Origin: an uncultured archaeon
Lineage (GTDB): Archaea > Asgardarchaeota > Lokiarchaeia > Sigyniarchaeales > SOKP01
Length of the DNA stretch: 64,000 nt
Direction: 5' to 3'
Assembly: GCA_964388035.1 (NCBI GenBank)
Contig: CAYLZE010000003.1
Span: forward strand, 56,521 to 120,520
Below are positions 1 to 9,540 of the stretch, in pieces. The position numbers were made by a program, and so were the translations under genes. Positions within the stretch are counted from its first letter, which is position 1. Each line of letters opens with the position of its first letter. Below the pieces are notes generated by a model that searched no databases, had not been told where the DNA came from, and saw only the letters and a list, made by a program, of their open reading frames with translations.

Positions 1-318
1 TGAATAAGTGATCTTTATTCACCAATCATTATAATAATAACTTTGATTTAATATTAAATTCTTCCTATTAAAAGATCATATTCATGCCTTTTTTGATGGA
101 AGAAACCAATAATTAATTTATAATTAGATTTAAAGTGATTTTCGAAATATTTAAATATGACGAAACATTTAAAAGAAATCCTTCTTATAAAATATATGCA
201 AAGTTAATTCAATATTTAACGAAATTACATGAATGTTGAGTTCATTTTATTAAATATAATTTAAAGCTTTATAAGTTCTATTTAATATATAAAAATAAAT
301 AAGCAAGAGGGATCCTTA

Positions 319-543
319 ATGTCCACAACAAGTTCTTTAGAGAAAAAAAAAGAACGTTTGTCTATTGGAAAATTTTTAGATTTTGATAATACAAATAAGA
401 TCTTTTATAGTAACCTATATTTGGACGATTTTAAATTGGTGGTCAAAATTCCCCTCTCATCAGCTACTTCAGATCAATCTGGAGAGCAGATTAAAATAGA
501 AACGTTTGATTTAGCGAAATATACATATCTTACTAAAATCTAG
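319..543 (+). CDS. small hypothetical protein (74 aa)
   Basis: ATG preceded by purine-rich AGAGGGG; no recognised motif. Confidence 0.55.
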   Translation: MSTTSSLEKKKERLSIGKFLDFDNTNKIFYSNLYLDDFKLVVKIPLSSATSDQSGEQIKIETFDLAKYTYLTKI

Positions 544-629
544 GAATTTGGATGTGCCAGTTATTTTCTCATTAAGTTTGGATTTTATTTAATTAATCTT
601 CTTAAGAAAGAACGTTCTCTAATTTTTAC

Positions 630-764
630 CTACTTTTTATCTTCTTTTTGTTTTTGTTTCAAATATTTGTTCCAACAAGAAAAACAAATCCATTTTCCAT
701 TACATAAAAATACCATGTCTTTCTTTGCACGTATCATTTGACAACTAGCACATTGTTCTTTCAT
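630..764 (-). CDS. small zinc-finger-like protein (44 aa), not in ORF track
   Basis: Hand translation MKEQCASCQMIRAKKDMVFLCNGKWICFSCWNKYLKQKQKEDKK*; two CxxC motifs; AGGTTGG upstream of ATG. Confidence 0.7.
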   Translation of the reverse strand: MKEQCASCQMIRAKKDMVFLCNGKWICFSCWNKYLKQKQKEDKK

Positions 765-1390
765 TTTTTAATTCCAACCTTTTCAGAATTATATAATTTC
801 AAATCAATTAAGTTAAATATGAGATCATGAGTAATAAATAAGTGGAAAAAGTTGAGAGAGCGGAAAACGCATGACAAGGATGGTGAAAAAAAGTTTAAAT
901 AAGGTTGTTAAGAAATAAGAGAAATAAACTGGCCCCAAATTACTGCGGCAATGAATCTATTTCATATTATATGCTTTAAGATTTTAACCAATTAACTCCT
1001 CTTTTTCTTAAGATACTATCATCTTATTCATTCAGAAATTACTTTCACTCAAACGTTTAAAGTTATAAAAGGAGTGTTTGGAACTTTTAATTAACATCTA
1101 AGGATATCTAAAGATTCTAATATACCGAAATTTTAAGTGAAATTTTAAAAGTAAAATTACATGAGGAATAACATAAAATGGGGAAGATTTCGGTCGTGAT
1201 TTGACTAAAAATAACTAATTTTTCTTCGAGGATTCTTTTAGTCACATACATACTTTGTTATTTTGTATGGTCAAGAGCAAGACTATATTTTTAGAAAATT
1301 AATATCCAAAAGAATTTAATATTTTAAGGTTGTAGATTAAATTATAACATGTAGGATAAAGAATTAGGAAAAAAACGAAAATTAATTGTT

Positions 1391-2920
1391 ATGTCAAAAG
1401 TTAAAGAAATTTATAAAGAAATAGAAAGCATTGTGGGACAGAATAATCTCTCAGATAAAGATTTCATGAAAGCTGCTTATTCAAGAAACGTGGATCCTGC
1501 ATTTCCAGACAGATGGGCGGATATAATCGTAAGACCAGAAACAACTGAAGAAGTTTCTGACATTGTAAAAATAGCAAATAAATACAAAATTCACATAATT
1601 CCACGGGGAGGAGGTGCTGATTTAGTCGGAGGTTCCGTGAACGAGGGAGGTATTCTAATGGATCTCACTCGAATGAATAAAATTATCGAAATTGATGAAG
1701 TAAATCTTTATTGTGAAATAGAATGTGGTACAACATGGGGAGCGTTACTCTCTGAATTGCATAAAAAGGATTTAACCACGGGAATAATAGGGCCTGGCAG
1801 CGGATATTCGGCAACGATTGGGGGCGGATTATCTAATAGTACAGCCGGGTTTGGATCAACTAAATATGGTCTGGTTCCTGACATATGTCTAGGAGTAGAA
1901 GTCGTTCTACCAAATCCCAAGGGCACTATCATAAGAACGGGAGCTGCAGCTAATAAATATGCAAAGCCTTTCTGTAGGTATGGAGTTGCTCCTGACTTCA
2001 CGGGGTTATTCATGGGAGACGTGGGAACCATGGGAATAAAAACCAAGGCTTTTTTACGATTATTTCCTCTCGCGCCGATTAAGAAATTTAGAAATTACAT
2101 GCTAAATAAAAATGATTATACTATTGTTTCTAAGCTATTGCAAGAATTTAGGAAGGAGGTAAGTGATGGTTTACAAGATTTATATGTCGTTCCTGTGGCT
2201 GTTGTCCAGCTTTTGTCTGGCTTGGCAAAAAATAAACCACCAGGACGTGCAAGAATGAAGGGACCGGTATTTCAAGTTTTTTTGGAAGCCTTTGATGAAC
2301 GCATCATGGATGTATACCTTGAAAAGGTAGAAGAGATCATGAAAGAGTATGCTAGACCTTTTGAGTGGCAAGAGATTGATCTGGATGCAGAATTATCCAA
2401 GGATTGGAAGTTTAACCTTAATTTTTCTTATACGTATTTCAACAAATTTATTTCGCTTGCACCCCCGAAAATCTCGTGTGTAACATGCCACAAGCTCCCA
2501 ATCTCAGAAATTGCAGAAAAAGAAAAATCTAGTATTAGTTTTGATACAGAACACATCAAGGAGTTTCCACGACAAAGTTTTTCTTTATTTGCCAGATCCA
2601 TTCATTTACTTCCAAATGGTAATTGCGTTTGTGCTGGGGGATTTAATGCAGAAAATCGTGAGGACCAGAGAGAGGGCGCCATGAAAATTTGGCACGAGAA
2701 GCTTCGCTTTCAAGTAAAATATGGGGGAGTTCATTACTGGTTGGGGGAATCCATCTCGCAATCCATTGTGGAAGCCGGAGCCTATACTCCAGAATTTGCT
2801 CAGTTTTTTAAGGATATGAAAAAAACCGTGGATCCCAATTTTTTACTTAGTCCCAGAAAATTCCACATGTATGATTATAATGATGATTTTTCAAAATATG
2901 TAATTAAAGAGGAGGAATAA
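1391..2920 (+). CDS. FAD-binding oxidoreductase (GlcD/VAO-PCMH family)
   Basis: RPETTEEV..PRGGG..GG FAD_binding_4 motifs, ATIGG, GTMGIKT, C-terminal K..VDPNFLLSP. Confidence 0.9.
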   Translation: MSKVKEIYKEIESIVGQNNLSDKDFMKAAYSRNVDPAFPDRWADIIVRPETTEEVSDIVKIANKYKIHIIPRGGGADLVGGSVNEGGILMDLTRMNKIIEIDEVNLYCEIECGTTWGALLSELHKKDLTTGIIGPGSGYSATIGGGLSNSTAGFGSTKYGLVPDICLGVEVVLPNPKGTIIRTGAAANKYAKPFCRYGVAPDFTGLFMGDVGTMGIKTKAFLRLFPLAPIKKFRNYMLNKNDYTIVSKLLQEFRKEVSDGLQDLYVVPVAVVQLLSGLAKNKPPGRARMKGPVFQVFLEAFDERIMDVYLEKVEEIMKEYARPFEWQEIDLDAELSKDWKFNLNFSYTYFNKFISLAPPKISCVTCHKLPISEIAEKEKSSISFDTEHIKEFPRQSFSLFARSIHLLPNGNCVCAGGFNAENREDQREGAMKIWHEKLRFQVKYGGVHYWLGESISQSIVEAGAYTPEFAQFFKDMKKTVDPNFLLSPRKFHMYDYNDDFSKYVIKEEE

Positions 2921-2925
2921 AAAGA

Positions 2926-4131
2926 ATGGCAGATTTTAATCCAAAAGAAAAATTTAAACATTTAGCTCCGTTTGGAGAAGTCTTACTTCAATGTATCTCT
3001 TGCGGAGATTGTAGAGAAGCGACAGATTATACTTCAGATCCTCAAAAATGGGGTGTTTGCGTTGCTCGAGAACATACTTCCGGTTTTGAACCGTTCTTTG
3101 GAAGAGGAAAGATGCAAATTATTCGATCCTTGTGGCAAGGAAAACTGGAATTAAGTAAAGACATGGCGGAGGTTATATTTCAATGCCCTACTTGTAATGC
3201 CTGTGCGGAAACGTGCGCATATGACATGGATAATGCAAAAATTTATGAAGCTTTGCGAGCAGAATTGGTGGATGCAGGATGTGGTTTAGAAGTGCACGTT
3301 CCAATGAATGAAGCGATGGTGAATTTGTTAAATCCTTATCAGAGAGATAATAAATTAAAAGCAGAATGGTTAAAGGAGTTAAATTTTAAAGTAAAGGATG
3401 CATCAAGCGAACAGTCGGAAGTGCTCTATTTTGTAGGTTGCACGGCAGCGTTAACGCCCGATATTAGAAAAGTTGCCATCGATACCGCTAAAGTACTTCA
3501 TAAATTGAATGTTGATTTTTCTGTTTTTGGAGAACAAGAGATTTGTTGCGGTAGTGTCGCAATGAGAACTGGGGATCGCAAAGCGTTTAATATCGTTGCG
3601 ATGAAAAATTATGAACTTTTTAGAAAGAGTGGGGCAAAGACGATCATTACCAGCTGTGCGGGATGTTATAGAACGCTAAAATTAGATTATTCTGATCTTC
3701 TTGAAGATTTAGGGATAAAGGTTTTGCATACCATTGAATTTATATGTGATTTAGTCATGGAAAAGAATATCTCCTTAAAAAATCTCGGAATTAAAACCAC
3801 ATATCACGACCCATGTCATACGGGACGTCATATCGGAATCTATGAGGAACCTCGTAAGTTATTAAAGAAAATTTCAACGTTGACAGAAATGAAGACTATA
3901 AAAGAAAATGCAAAATGTTGCGGTGCAGGAGGAGGAGTCAAGAAAGGATTTCCAGAATTAGCTTTAGAAATCGCTAAGAGTAGAATCCAAGAGGCGGAAG
4001 AGACTGGAGCAGATTATTTGGTGAGTATCTGCCCCTTCTGTTATAGAAACTTATCAGATGCTATTACTGCTTTGAATTCAAAGATTAAAATGATTGACTT
4101 GTTAGAATTAGTAAATAAGGCATTACAATAA
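2926..4131 (+). CDS. Fe-S oxidoreductase with two CCG domains (GlcF/HdrD-like)
   Basis: CISCGDC and CPTCNACAETC; YFVGC, CCG, SCAGC, YHDPCH, CCGAGGG, CPFC; 5 nt after the FAD gene (operon). Confidence 0.92.
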   Translation: MADFNPKEKFKHLAPFGEVLLQCISCGDCREATDYTSDPQKWGVCVAREHTSGFEPFFGRGKMQIIRSLWQGKLELSKDMAEVIFQCPTCNACAETCAYDMDNAKIYEALRAELVDAGCGLEVHVPMNEAMVNLLNPYQRDNKLKAEWLKELNFKVKDASSEQSEVLYFVGCTAALTPDIRKVAIDTAKVLHKLNVDFSVFGEQEICCGSVAMRTGDRKAFNIVAMKNYELFRKSGAKTIITSCAGCYRTLKLDYSDLLEDLGIKVLHTIEFICDLVMEKNISLKNLGIKTTYHDPCHTGRHIGIYEEPRKLLKKISTLTEMKTIKENAKCCGAGGGVKKGFPELALEIAKSRIQEAEETGADYLVSICPFCYRNLSDAITALNSKIKMIDLLELVNKALQ

Positions 4132-4206
4132 TTGTCTCAAGATATTTTATTTATTATTTTTTTAATTTAAATCTAAAAAATATAGAAGGTAAAAAGGTAG
4201 ATTAAA

Positions 4207-5007
4207 ATTAGTTTTAAAAAAGATGTTAAAGAAATTGAAAGGAAAAAAGAAGAATTAAGAACGACTAAATTTAGAAATACGGAAATGATCACGGTATTAT
4301 GGGAGACCAAAAAAGAAATTATAGAGCGCTTGCTTCCGCCCCCCCTGAAACCAGCTAGTAGACCCATTGTAATGAGTTTTATCGCTAAATATCCCTCTAC
4401 AAATCAAGGCCTTCCATATAATGAAGGGGCTCTCACTTTAAGGTGCCAATACCAAGATATACAAGGAAATTATTATTTAGCAATGCCCGTTACGGATGAT
4501 CGTGCCATGATTGGAGGGCGGGAGATTTTTGGATTTCCCAAGAAAATGGCGAATGTTGTGTTAACACGGGAGAATAATGAAGTCCACGCTTATTCGGAGC
4601 GGTTAGGAGTTAAAAATATTGAGATCCATGCTAAATTATCAGGTAAATTCAATGATCCCGAAACTCCCAAACTCATTAAAGAATTGGAATTATTGCCAGG
4701 AAGAAAAAAAAATACGATAAATTTTAATTATAAATACTTTCCACACCCAACCAAGGAAGGATTTGATCATGATCCGTGGTTAGTACAGCAAGAAACTTCT
4801 GTAGGACCAAAATCCATGGAAATGGGAGAAGCAGATATACAATTAAACTCAACCATTCATGATCCTTGGGCTGAAGTGGAAATAGTAAAAGTCTTGGGAG
4901 CTTTATACTTGAGAGGGGATAATGAAATGCTACCAGGAAAAATCGTGGCCAAAGTAGATTCAGAACAGTTTTTACCTTATTCTTATAATAAATGGGATTG
5001 GTACTAG
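4207..5007 (+). CDS. acetoacetate decarboxylase-like (ADC) family protein; probable ATT start at 4207 (ORF track starts at 4285)
   Basis: LLPPPL, YNEGAL, GGREIFGFPKKMA (Schiff-base Lys motif); frame open back to TAG at 4198-4200 with no ATG/GTG/TTG. Confidence 0.88.
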   Translation: MSFKKDVKEIERKKEELRTTKFRNTEMITVLWETKKEIIERLLPPPLKPASRPIVMSFIAKYPSTNQGLPYNEGALTLRCQYQDIQGNYYLAMPVTDDRAMIGGREIFGFPKKMANVVLTRENNEVHAYSERLGVKNIEIHAKLSGKFNDPETPKLIKELELLPGRKKNTINFNYKYFPHPTKEGFDHDPWLVQQETSVGPKSMEMGEADIQLNSTIHDPWAEVEIVKVLGALYLRGDNEMLPGKIVAKVDSEQFLPYSYNKWDWY

Positions 5008-5154
5008 CCTTATATAAAAAAACAATTATTTTCAGATATTCTTTTTCTATTCTTTATTTTCTTTTAAAATTCAAACAGGATGTTGTAGAACATCATTGAT
5101 TTTTCTTTGGTTAATTGCAATTTAAATACAAACCATGTAAATTAAAAAAGGAAT

Positions 5155-5282
5155 AAGGAAGGAAATGACTCATGGAAATCCTTTAAAATTTTTAAAGGAA
5201 AAGTTTGAACCACAAGGGAATTATTCCAGAGTGGTCAGAGGGCGAAATCCAATATGCGATTTCCATAGAATCCATTCCTTTA
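5155..5282. ncRNA. putative structured RNA (multi-stem junction) between convergent genes
   Basis: ATGGAAATC(5172-80)/GATTTCCAT(5258-66) closing stem extended by GACTC/GAATC and AAGGAA/TTCCTT; internal hairpins CTTTAAA-ATT-TTTAAAG, ACCAC..GGAA-TTA-TTCC..GTGGT, GGG-CGAAA-TCC. Confidence 0.45.
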
Positions 5283-5562
5283 TATTTTAGGCGTTTTAAT
5301 ATTTAAAAAGTTGATGAATATATAGAATTTCCGTGTTATCCGTACGAATGATTATTGAATATTTATTCATTAATCCTAAGAATTAACTAGGTATTATTTG
5401 AGGATTCATGCAAAATCGATTAATGGTTACTAAACCAAATAATGAAATTTAGCGTTTGAACCAACTTCTTCTGTAGATCAGTCATAAATGATTCTCAATC
5501 AAAAATACTAAATGATAAATAGAAAATAAAAAAGGATTTCTATAGGTCAAAACTTTAGTAGC

Positions 5563-6564
5563 TTAGAGTCTCTTGATGACTACATCTGCCATACGATGAC
5601 TAAAACCCCATTCATTATCGTACCAGCTAAGGACTGCCACGTGATTTCCTATTACATTTGTCCATAATGGGCAAAATATGGAGCTATGTGAGTTCTTTAT
5701 GATATCTTTACTCACGATAGGATCGGGGTTATATTGCAAAATGCCTGCGAGTTTCCCTTCGGAATATTCTTTCATCTTTTTATTTATTTCTTCTACTGTA
5801 GGCGTTTTTTCAACATTTACTTTTAGATCTACTACACTTCCATCAACTGTAGGTACCCTTATTGCCATACCATCGAGTTTTCCGTTTAAATCGGGGAAGA
5901 TCAAACCAATAGCTTTGGCGGCTCCCGTCGAAGTTGGGATTATATTTTCCGCACAAGCTCGCCCACGTGTCATTTTTATAGGATCCCCTGCCTTGGCAGT
6001 ATCCACAGGTGCTTGCGTGCTAGTATAGGAGTGAATAGTAGTCATTAATCCATTTTTGATAGTAAAGGATTCGTGGAGCACTCTCACGATAGGTCCTAAA
6101 CAATTAGTGGTGCAGGATGCATTGGAGACAATTTTATGTTCTGGTTTAAGTTTATCATCGTTACATCCCATGACTACGGTAAAATCGGGATTCTTGGCGG
6201 GTGCAGAGATTAAAACTTTATCGGCTCCTGCGTCTAAATGTTTCGAAGCACCATCTCTATCAATGAAAAAGCCAGTAGATTCTATCGCAACGCTAATATC
6301 ATTCTTGGAATGAGGTAAATCTGCAGGGTTTCTCTCTTTTGTTATGGGAATTGTTTTTCCATCCACGATGAGAGTATCTTCGCTTGACTCAACTTTTCCA
6401 GGGAAATTTCCGAAGACCGTGTCATACTTTAGAGCATAAGCTAAGTATTTTGGGTTAAACAAATCATTGATGTAAACCACTTCAATTTTGGGGTTTTTCC
6501 AGACGGCTCGAAAAAAATTGCGGCCAATTCGTCCAAATCCATTAATCATTATTCTTTTTGGAAT
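5563..6564 (-). CDS. gap: class I (bacterial/eukaryal type) glyceraldehyde-3-phosphate dehydrogenase; probable ATT start at 6564
   Basis: INGFGRIGR, ESTG.F, SNASCTTNCL, IIPTSTGAAKA, WYDNEWGFS. Confidence 0.96.
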   Translation of the reverse strand: MPKRIMINGFGRIGRNFFRAVWKNPKIEVVYINDLFNPKYLAYALKYDTVFGNFPGKVESSEDTLIVDGKTIPITKERNPADLPHSKNDISVAIESTGFFIDRDGASKHLDAGADKVLISAPAKNPDFTVVMGCNDDKLKPEHKIVSNASCTTNCLGPIVRVLHESFTIKNGLMTTIHSYTSTQAPVDTAKAGDPIKMTRGRACAENIIPTSTGAAKAIGLIFPDLNGKLDGMAIRVPTVDGSVVDLKVNVEKTPTVEEINKKMKEYSEGKLAGILQYNPDPIVSKDIIKNSHSSIFCPLWTNVIGNHVAVLSWYDNEWGFSHRMADVVIKRL

Positions 6565-6570
6565 TTCTTA

Positions 6571-6577
6571 TCACTCT
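6571..6577 (-). promoter_or_regulatory. Shine-Dalgarno-like AGAGTGA upstream of gap
   Basis: Core AGT ends 8 nt before ATT 6564, the same spacing as GGT to ATG at 32042. Confidence 0.6.
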
Positions 6578-6831
6578 CTTTATAAGTTTATTTCACAAGT
6601 AGGGATACAAGAGGAATTAATAAATCTAACATGTAACATTTATACATTTGAGGTAAAAGTCGAATGGAAGGAGGGAGGAAAATTTAATTTTTTTTGAAGA
6701 GATGAAACATTTTAAGTAACGAATGAGGGAAGAAATTATTCGAGAATTATTTTTAAAGAAAATTCTCAATCAATTTACTCCGCTTCTACAAATTTATTTG
6801 ATATTCATTTAAACTTTAAACTAAGAAACTT

Positions 6832-7233
6832 CTATTGTTTTGGTTTCCAATGTTGGAAATATTGAAATAATTCTATAAGATTATCGGAAGGATCCAGAAG
6901 AAGGATTTGCTTACCACCGACTCCTTTGACCATCTCATTACGAAAACGGCAACCTTCTTTTTTTAATTTTTCTATGAGTGAATCTAAATCTTCGACTTCA
7001 ATTGAAATTCTATTCCATCCTCCCGGGATTTGAGGAGTTCCATCTGGCATAGCATAACCACCCCCTTCTTTCTCACTAGGTTTGGTAAGATATAATTGGA
7101 TCCCTTCTCGTGAGACAATAGCGAATTCTGGTGCGGGGTGCATGACTATTTCAAATTCTAACATTTTGGTGTAAAATTCAATAGCTTTCTCTACATCATT
7201 AACGATATATCTAAAATTTATTGCCGACATCAT
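6832..7233 (-). CDS. VOC/glyoxalase family protein
   Basis: YIVNDVEKAIEFY, VEDLD, DPSDNLIELF. Confidence 0.9.
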   Translation of the reverse strand: MMSAINFRYIVNDVEKAIEFYTKMLEFEIVMHPAPEFAIVSREGIQLYLTKPSEKEGGGYAMPDGTPQIPGGWNRISIEVEDLDSLIEKLKKEGCRFRNEMVKGVGGKQILLLDPSDNLIELFQYFQHWKPKQ

Positions 7234-7628
7234 TTAATTATCCTCAACACCCAATAGTTTTCTTTTAAGTCAAAAAAGAATAGATTTGAACTAATCATTC
7301 TCTCTTTCTTGTCCAAATTTTTAATTATCTTTAAATTTTATAGGTATTTTTTTCTAATTTATCAAGGATAATGCACCATCTTAAACTTTCAGTACATAAA
7401 ATATACATGATTTTTGATTTTTAGATAAATAATTTGCATACTAGAACATAATATCTTTATCGCGTGTTTTGTCGTTTTGGAAGGGTGTTTCTTTACATTT
7501 CAGTCATGGTATTCATGTAAGAAAAAAACAAGAATTGGACTATAAAAAGCATTTATAATGGGTCAGATTTGGTAGATTATAGAGAAATAAATTTAAATTA
7601 ACAATAAATGTAAAGAGTTGATAGAAAA

Positions 7629-8141
7629 ATGGGAGCCGGAAAAACTTTTTCCATTATTGCTGGAATTATCTCACTAATCTCCATGTTTTTTCTAACATGG
7701 TATGTAAAATTGGAAGATGGTGTGCTGAAGCTGGCTTATGGTATTGTAGGATTTAGAAGCATTCCTCACATGTTTGTATATCCTGGATTATATGGAACTC
7801 CGTATTGGGTCACTTATATTTTTGCCGGGTTATTTATTTGGCTTTTAATCTCCCCATTTATACAATTTGGAGGAGTTAAACACCAATTTATTTCAATTTT
7901 GGGCGCAACCATGCCCATATTGATAGCAACGATTATATTATTGAGCGGGTTTGGTGGTCCCATACCCCCTTTAATGAGTTATGTGGATGCTTTTTTGGAG
8001 TCGGAAGTCTTAATACCAGGAATTATCCCTTTAACTTACGAGATTCCTGGGACTTTTTATCCGATTGGTGTTTATGGAGTTCTTACTGGGGGCGTTCTTA
8101 GCTTAATTGCTGGATTTATTCCCCGAAAAAAGAAGGAATAA
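7629..8141 (+). CDS. 4-TM membrane protein, paralogue of 9541..10029
   Basis: Four hydrophobic segments; shared MGA.K..S.IAGI, AYGI, PGIIP, GG.LSLI.GFI motifs. Confidence 0.8.
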   Translation: MGAGKTFSIIAGIISLISMFFLTWYVKLEDGVLKLAYGIVGFRSIPHMFVYPGLYGTPYWVTYIFAGLFIWLLISPFIQFGGVKHQFISILGATMPILIATIILLSGFGGPIPPLMSYVDAFLESEVLIPGIIPLTYEIPGTFYPIGVYGVLTGGVLSLIAGFIPRKKKE

Positions 8142-8217
8142 ATAAATTATTTTTTTAATTTTTTTTTTTAATTTTTTATCTCTTTTTATCGTTCTTCATG
8201 TTCAATATTATAATCTA

Positions 8218-9090
8218 TTAATTTTCTTGTCCGATGAGAAATTTGATGTATTTGGGAAAATTCTTGGGATGAAAAAAGAACGCGGGAGTGCTTTTTTTAT
8301 AATCTTCATAACTCGCTCCAAAACGCTGTAGTAATTCTTTTTCTTCGACAACTTTTACATGGATATTCATGCCGATTATAAACATCACGCAAAGAATTAT
8401 TGAAAATATCGAAAATCGGAAGAAGATAAAGCTAAAACTCATCAAAAAAAGCCCAAGATAAGTGGGATGGCGTACTATCGAATAAATTTCAAGATTTTGT
8501 ACTTCAGATTCTTCGGGATAATAAACATATAAAACTGACATGTAATCGATGCCAAAGGTATGTAAAGACCTTAGCACAGTTCCGAGTGCAAATATTAGGA
8601 ATCCTAATCCTATAAGAAGTCTAGGGATATAAGTAAGATCGGCATTACCGAAAACAAAATATGAAAGAGGTTTAGACATGGTCCACATGAGGGAGCTTTC
8701 ATCTAATTGGGCATAAAAAACATCAAAGGGAATAAATCCGTGTAACATAGAAACCACAAAAAAGGGGATTCCAATAACTACATAGGGAAATGCCATTTGA
8801 TATGCACGTTCTTGGGATAACTCTAAAAATCTTTTTTTTTTACTCCAAATGCAGCTAACAAGATAAATTCCCGTGGCTTCGAAAATAAGAGAAGAAATAA
8901 CGACTATGAATGGTCCTATGCTCCTTAAAATTAAATTGGAAGAATAAAGTACTGGAAGAAGATCTAAAAAGATCATCAAACACAACGGACCAATGAATGA
9001 AAAAGCCATGATGGGAAGGTAAATAAAAAGTTTATTTCCGGGATAATCAGGGAGCTTCGATCTTAATTTCTCTGTTCCTTTAATATGCAT
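8218..9090 (-). CDS. ICMT/PEMT-family membrane methyltransferase
   Basis: IYSIVRHPTYLG and EEKELLQRFGASYEDYKKSTPAF. Confidence 0.85.
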   Translation of the reverse strand: MHIKGTEKLRSKLPDYPGNKLFIYLPIMAFSFIGPLCLMIFLDLLPVLYSSNLILRSIGPFIVVISSLIFEATGIYLVSCIWSKKKRFLELSQERAYQMAFPYVVIGIPFFVVSMLHGFIPFDVFYAQLDESSLMWTMSKPLSYFVFGNADLTYIPRLLIGLGFLIFALGTVLRSLHTFGIDYMSVLYVYYPEESEVQNLEIYSIVRHPTYLGLFLMSFSFIFFRFSIFSIILCVMFIIGMNIHVKVVEEKELLQRFGASYEDYKKSTPAFFFHPKNFPKYIKFLIGQEN

Positions 9091-9540
9091 AAAAAGTTCA
9101 CTTAAACTAAAATATAATTTACAATATAAAGCTTTTTGCGTTTAATCGTAAAGGTTGTGAGGGATTTTTTGTACTATAATGTAAAAAATTCAATTTAAAC
9201 CAAGTTAGTGATTAGAATATAAATTTAAAATAAAAATTAATTTAAAATTACATTCAATTACAATTAGATGCTCTGAAATCAAGATTAAGGTAAGAAATAC
9301 GGCTTGAGATCGAAAAACTTACAAAATACTTACAAATTTCTAAGCTCTATTGACAATTTTGAGGGTATAGGAAATTGAACTTTTATTGGATATGTATGGA
9401 TCAAGGGAAAATTCTTTATTTTTTATTATTTTTCGCGGTTTTTTTTAATAAATATTGTATAAAGATTTTAAAAGATAGATTGCTATATTAAAATCATCAG
9501 AATTAAAAAAATAATTTATACAAAAAAATAGTGATATATT

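Noticed and set aside
5195-5240. tRNA-like GGTTCAAA on the minus strand within the structured region
   Set aside because: The flanks do not form a T-stem and there is no cloverleaf with a 7-bp acceptor stem.
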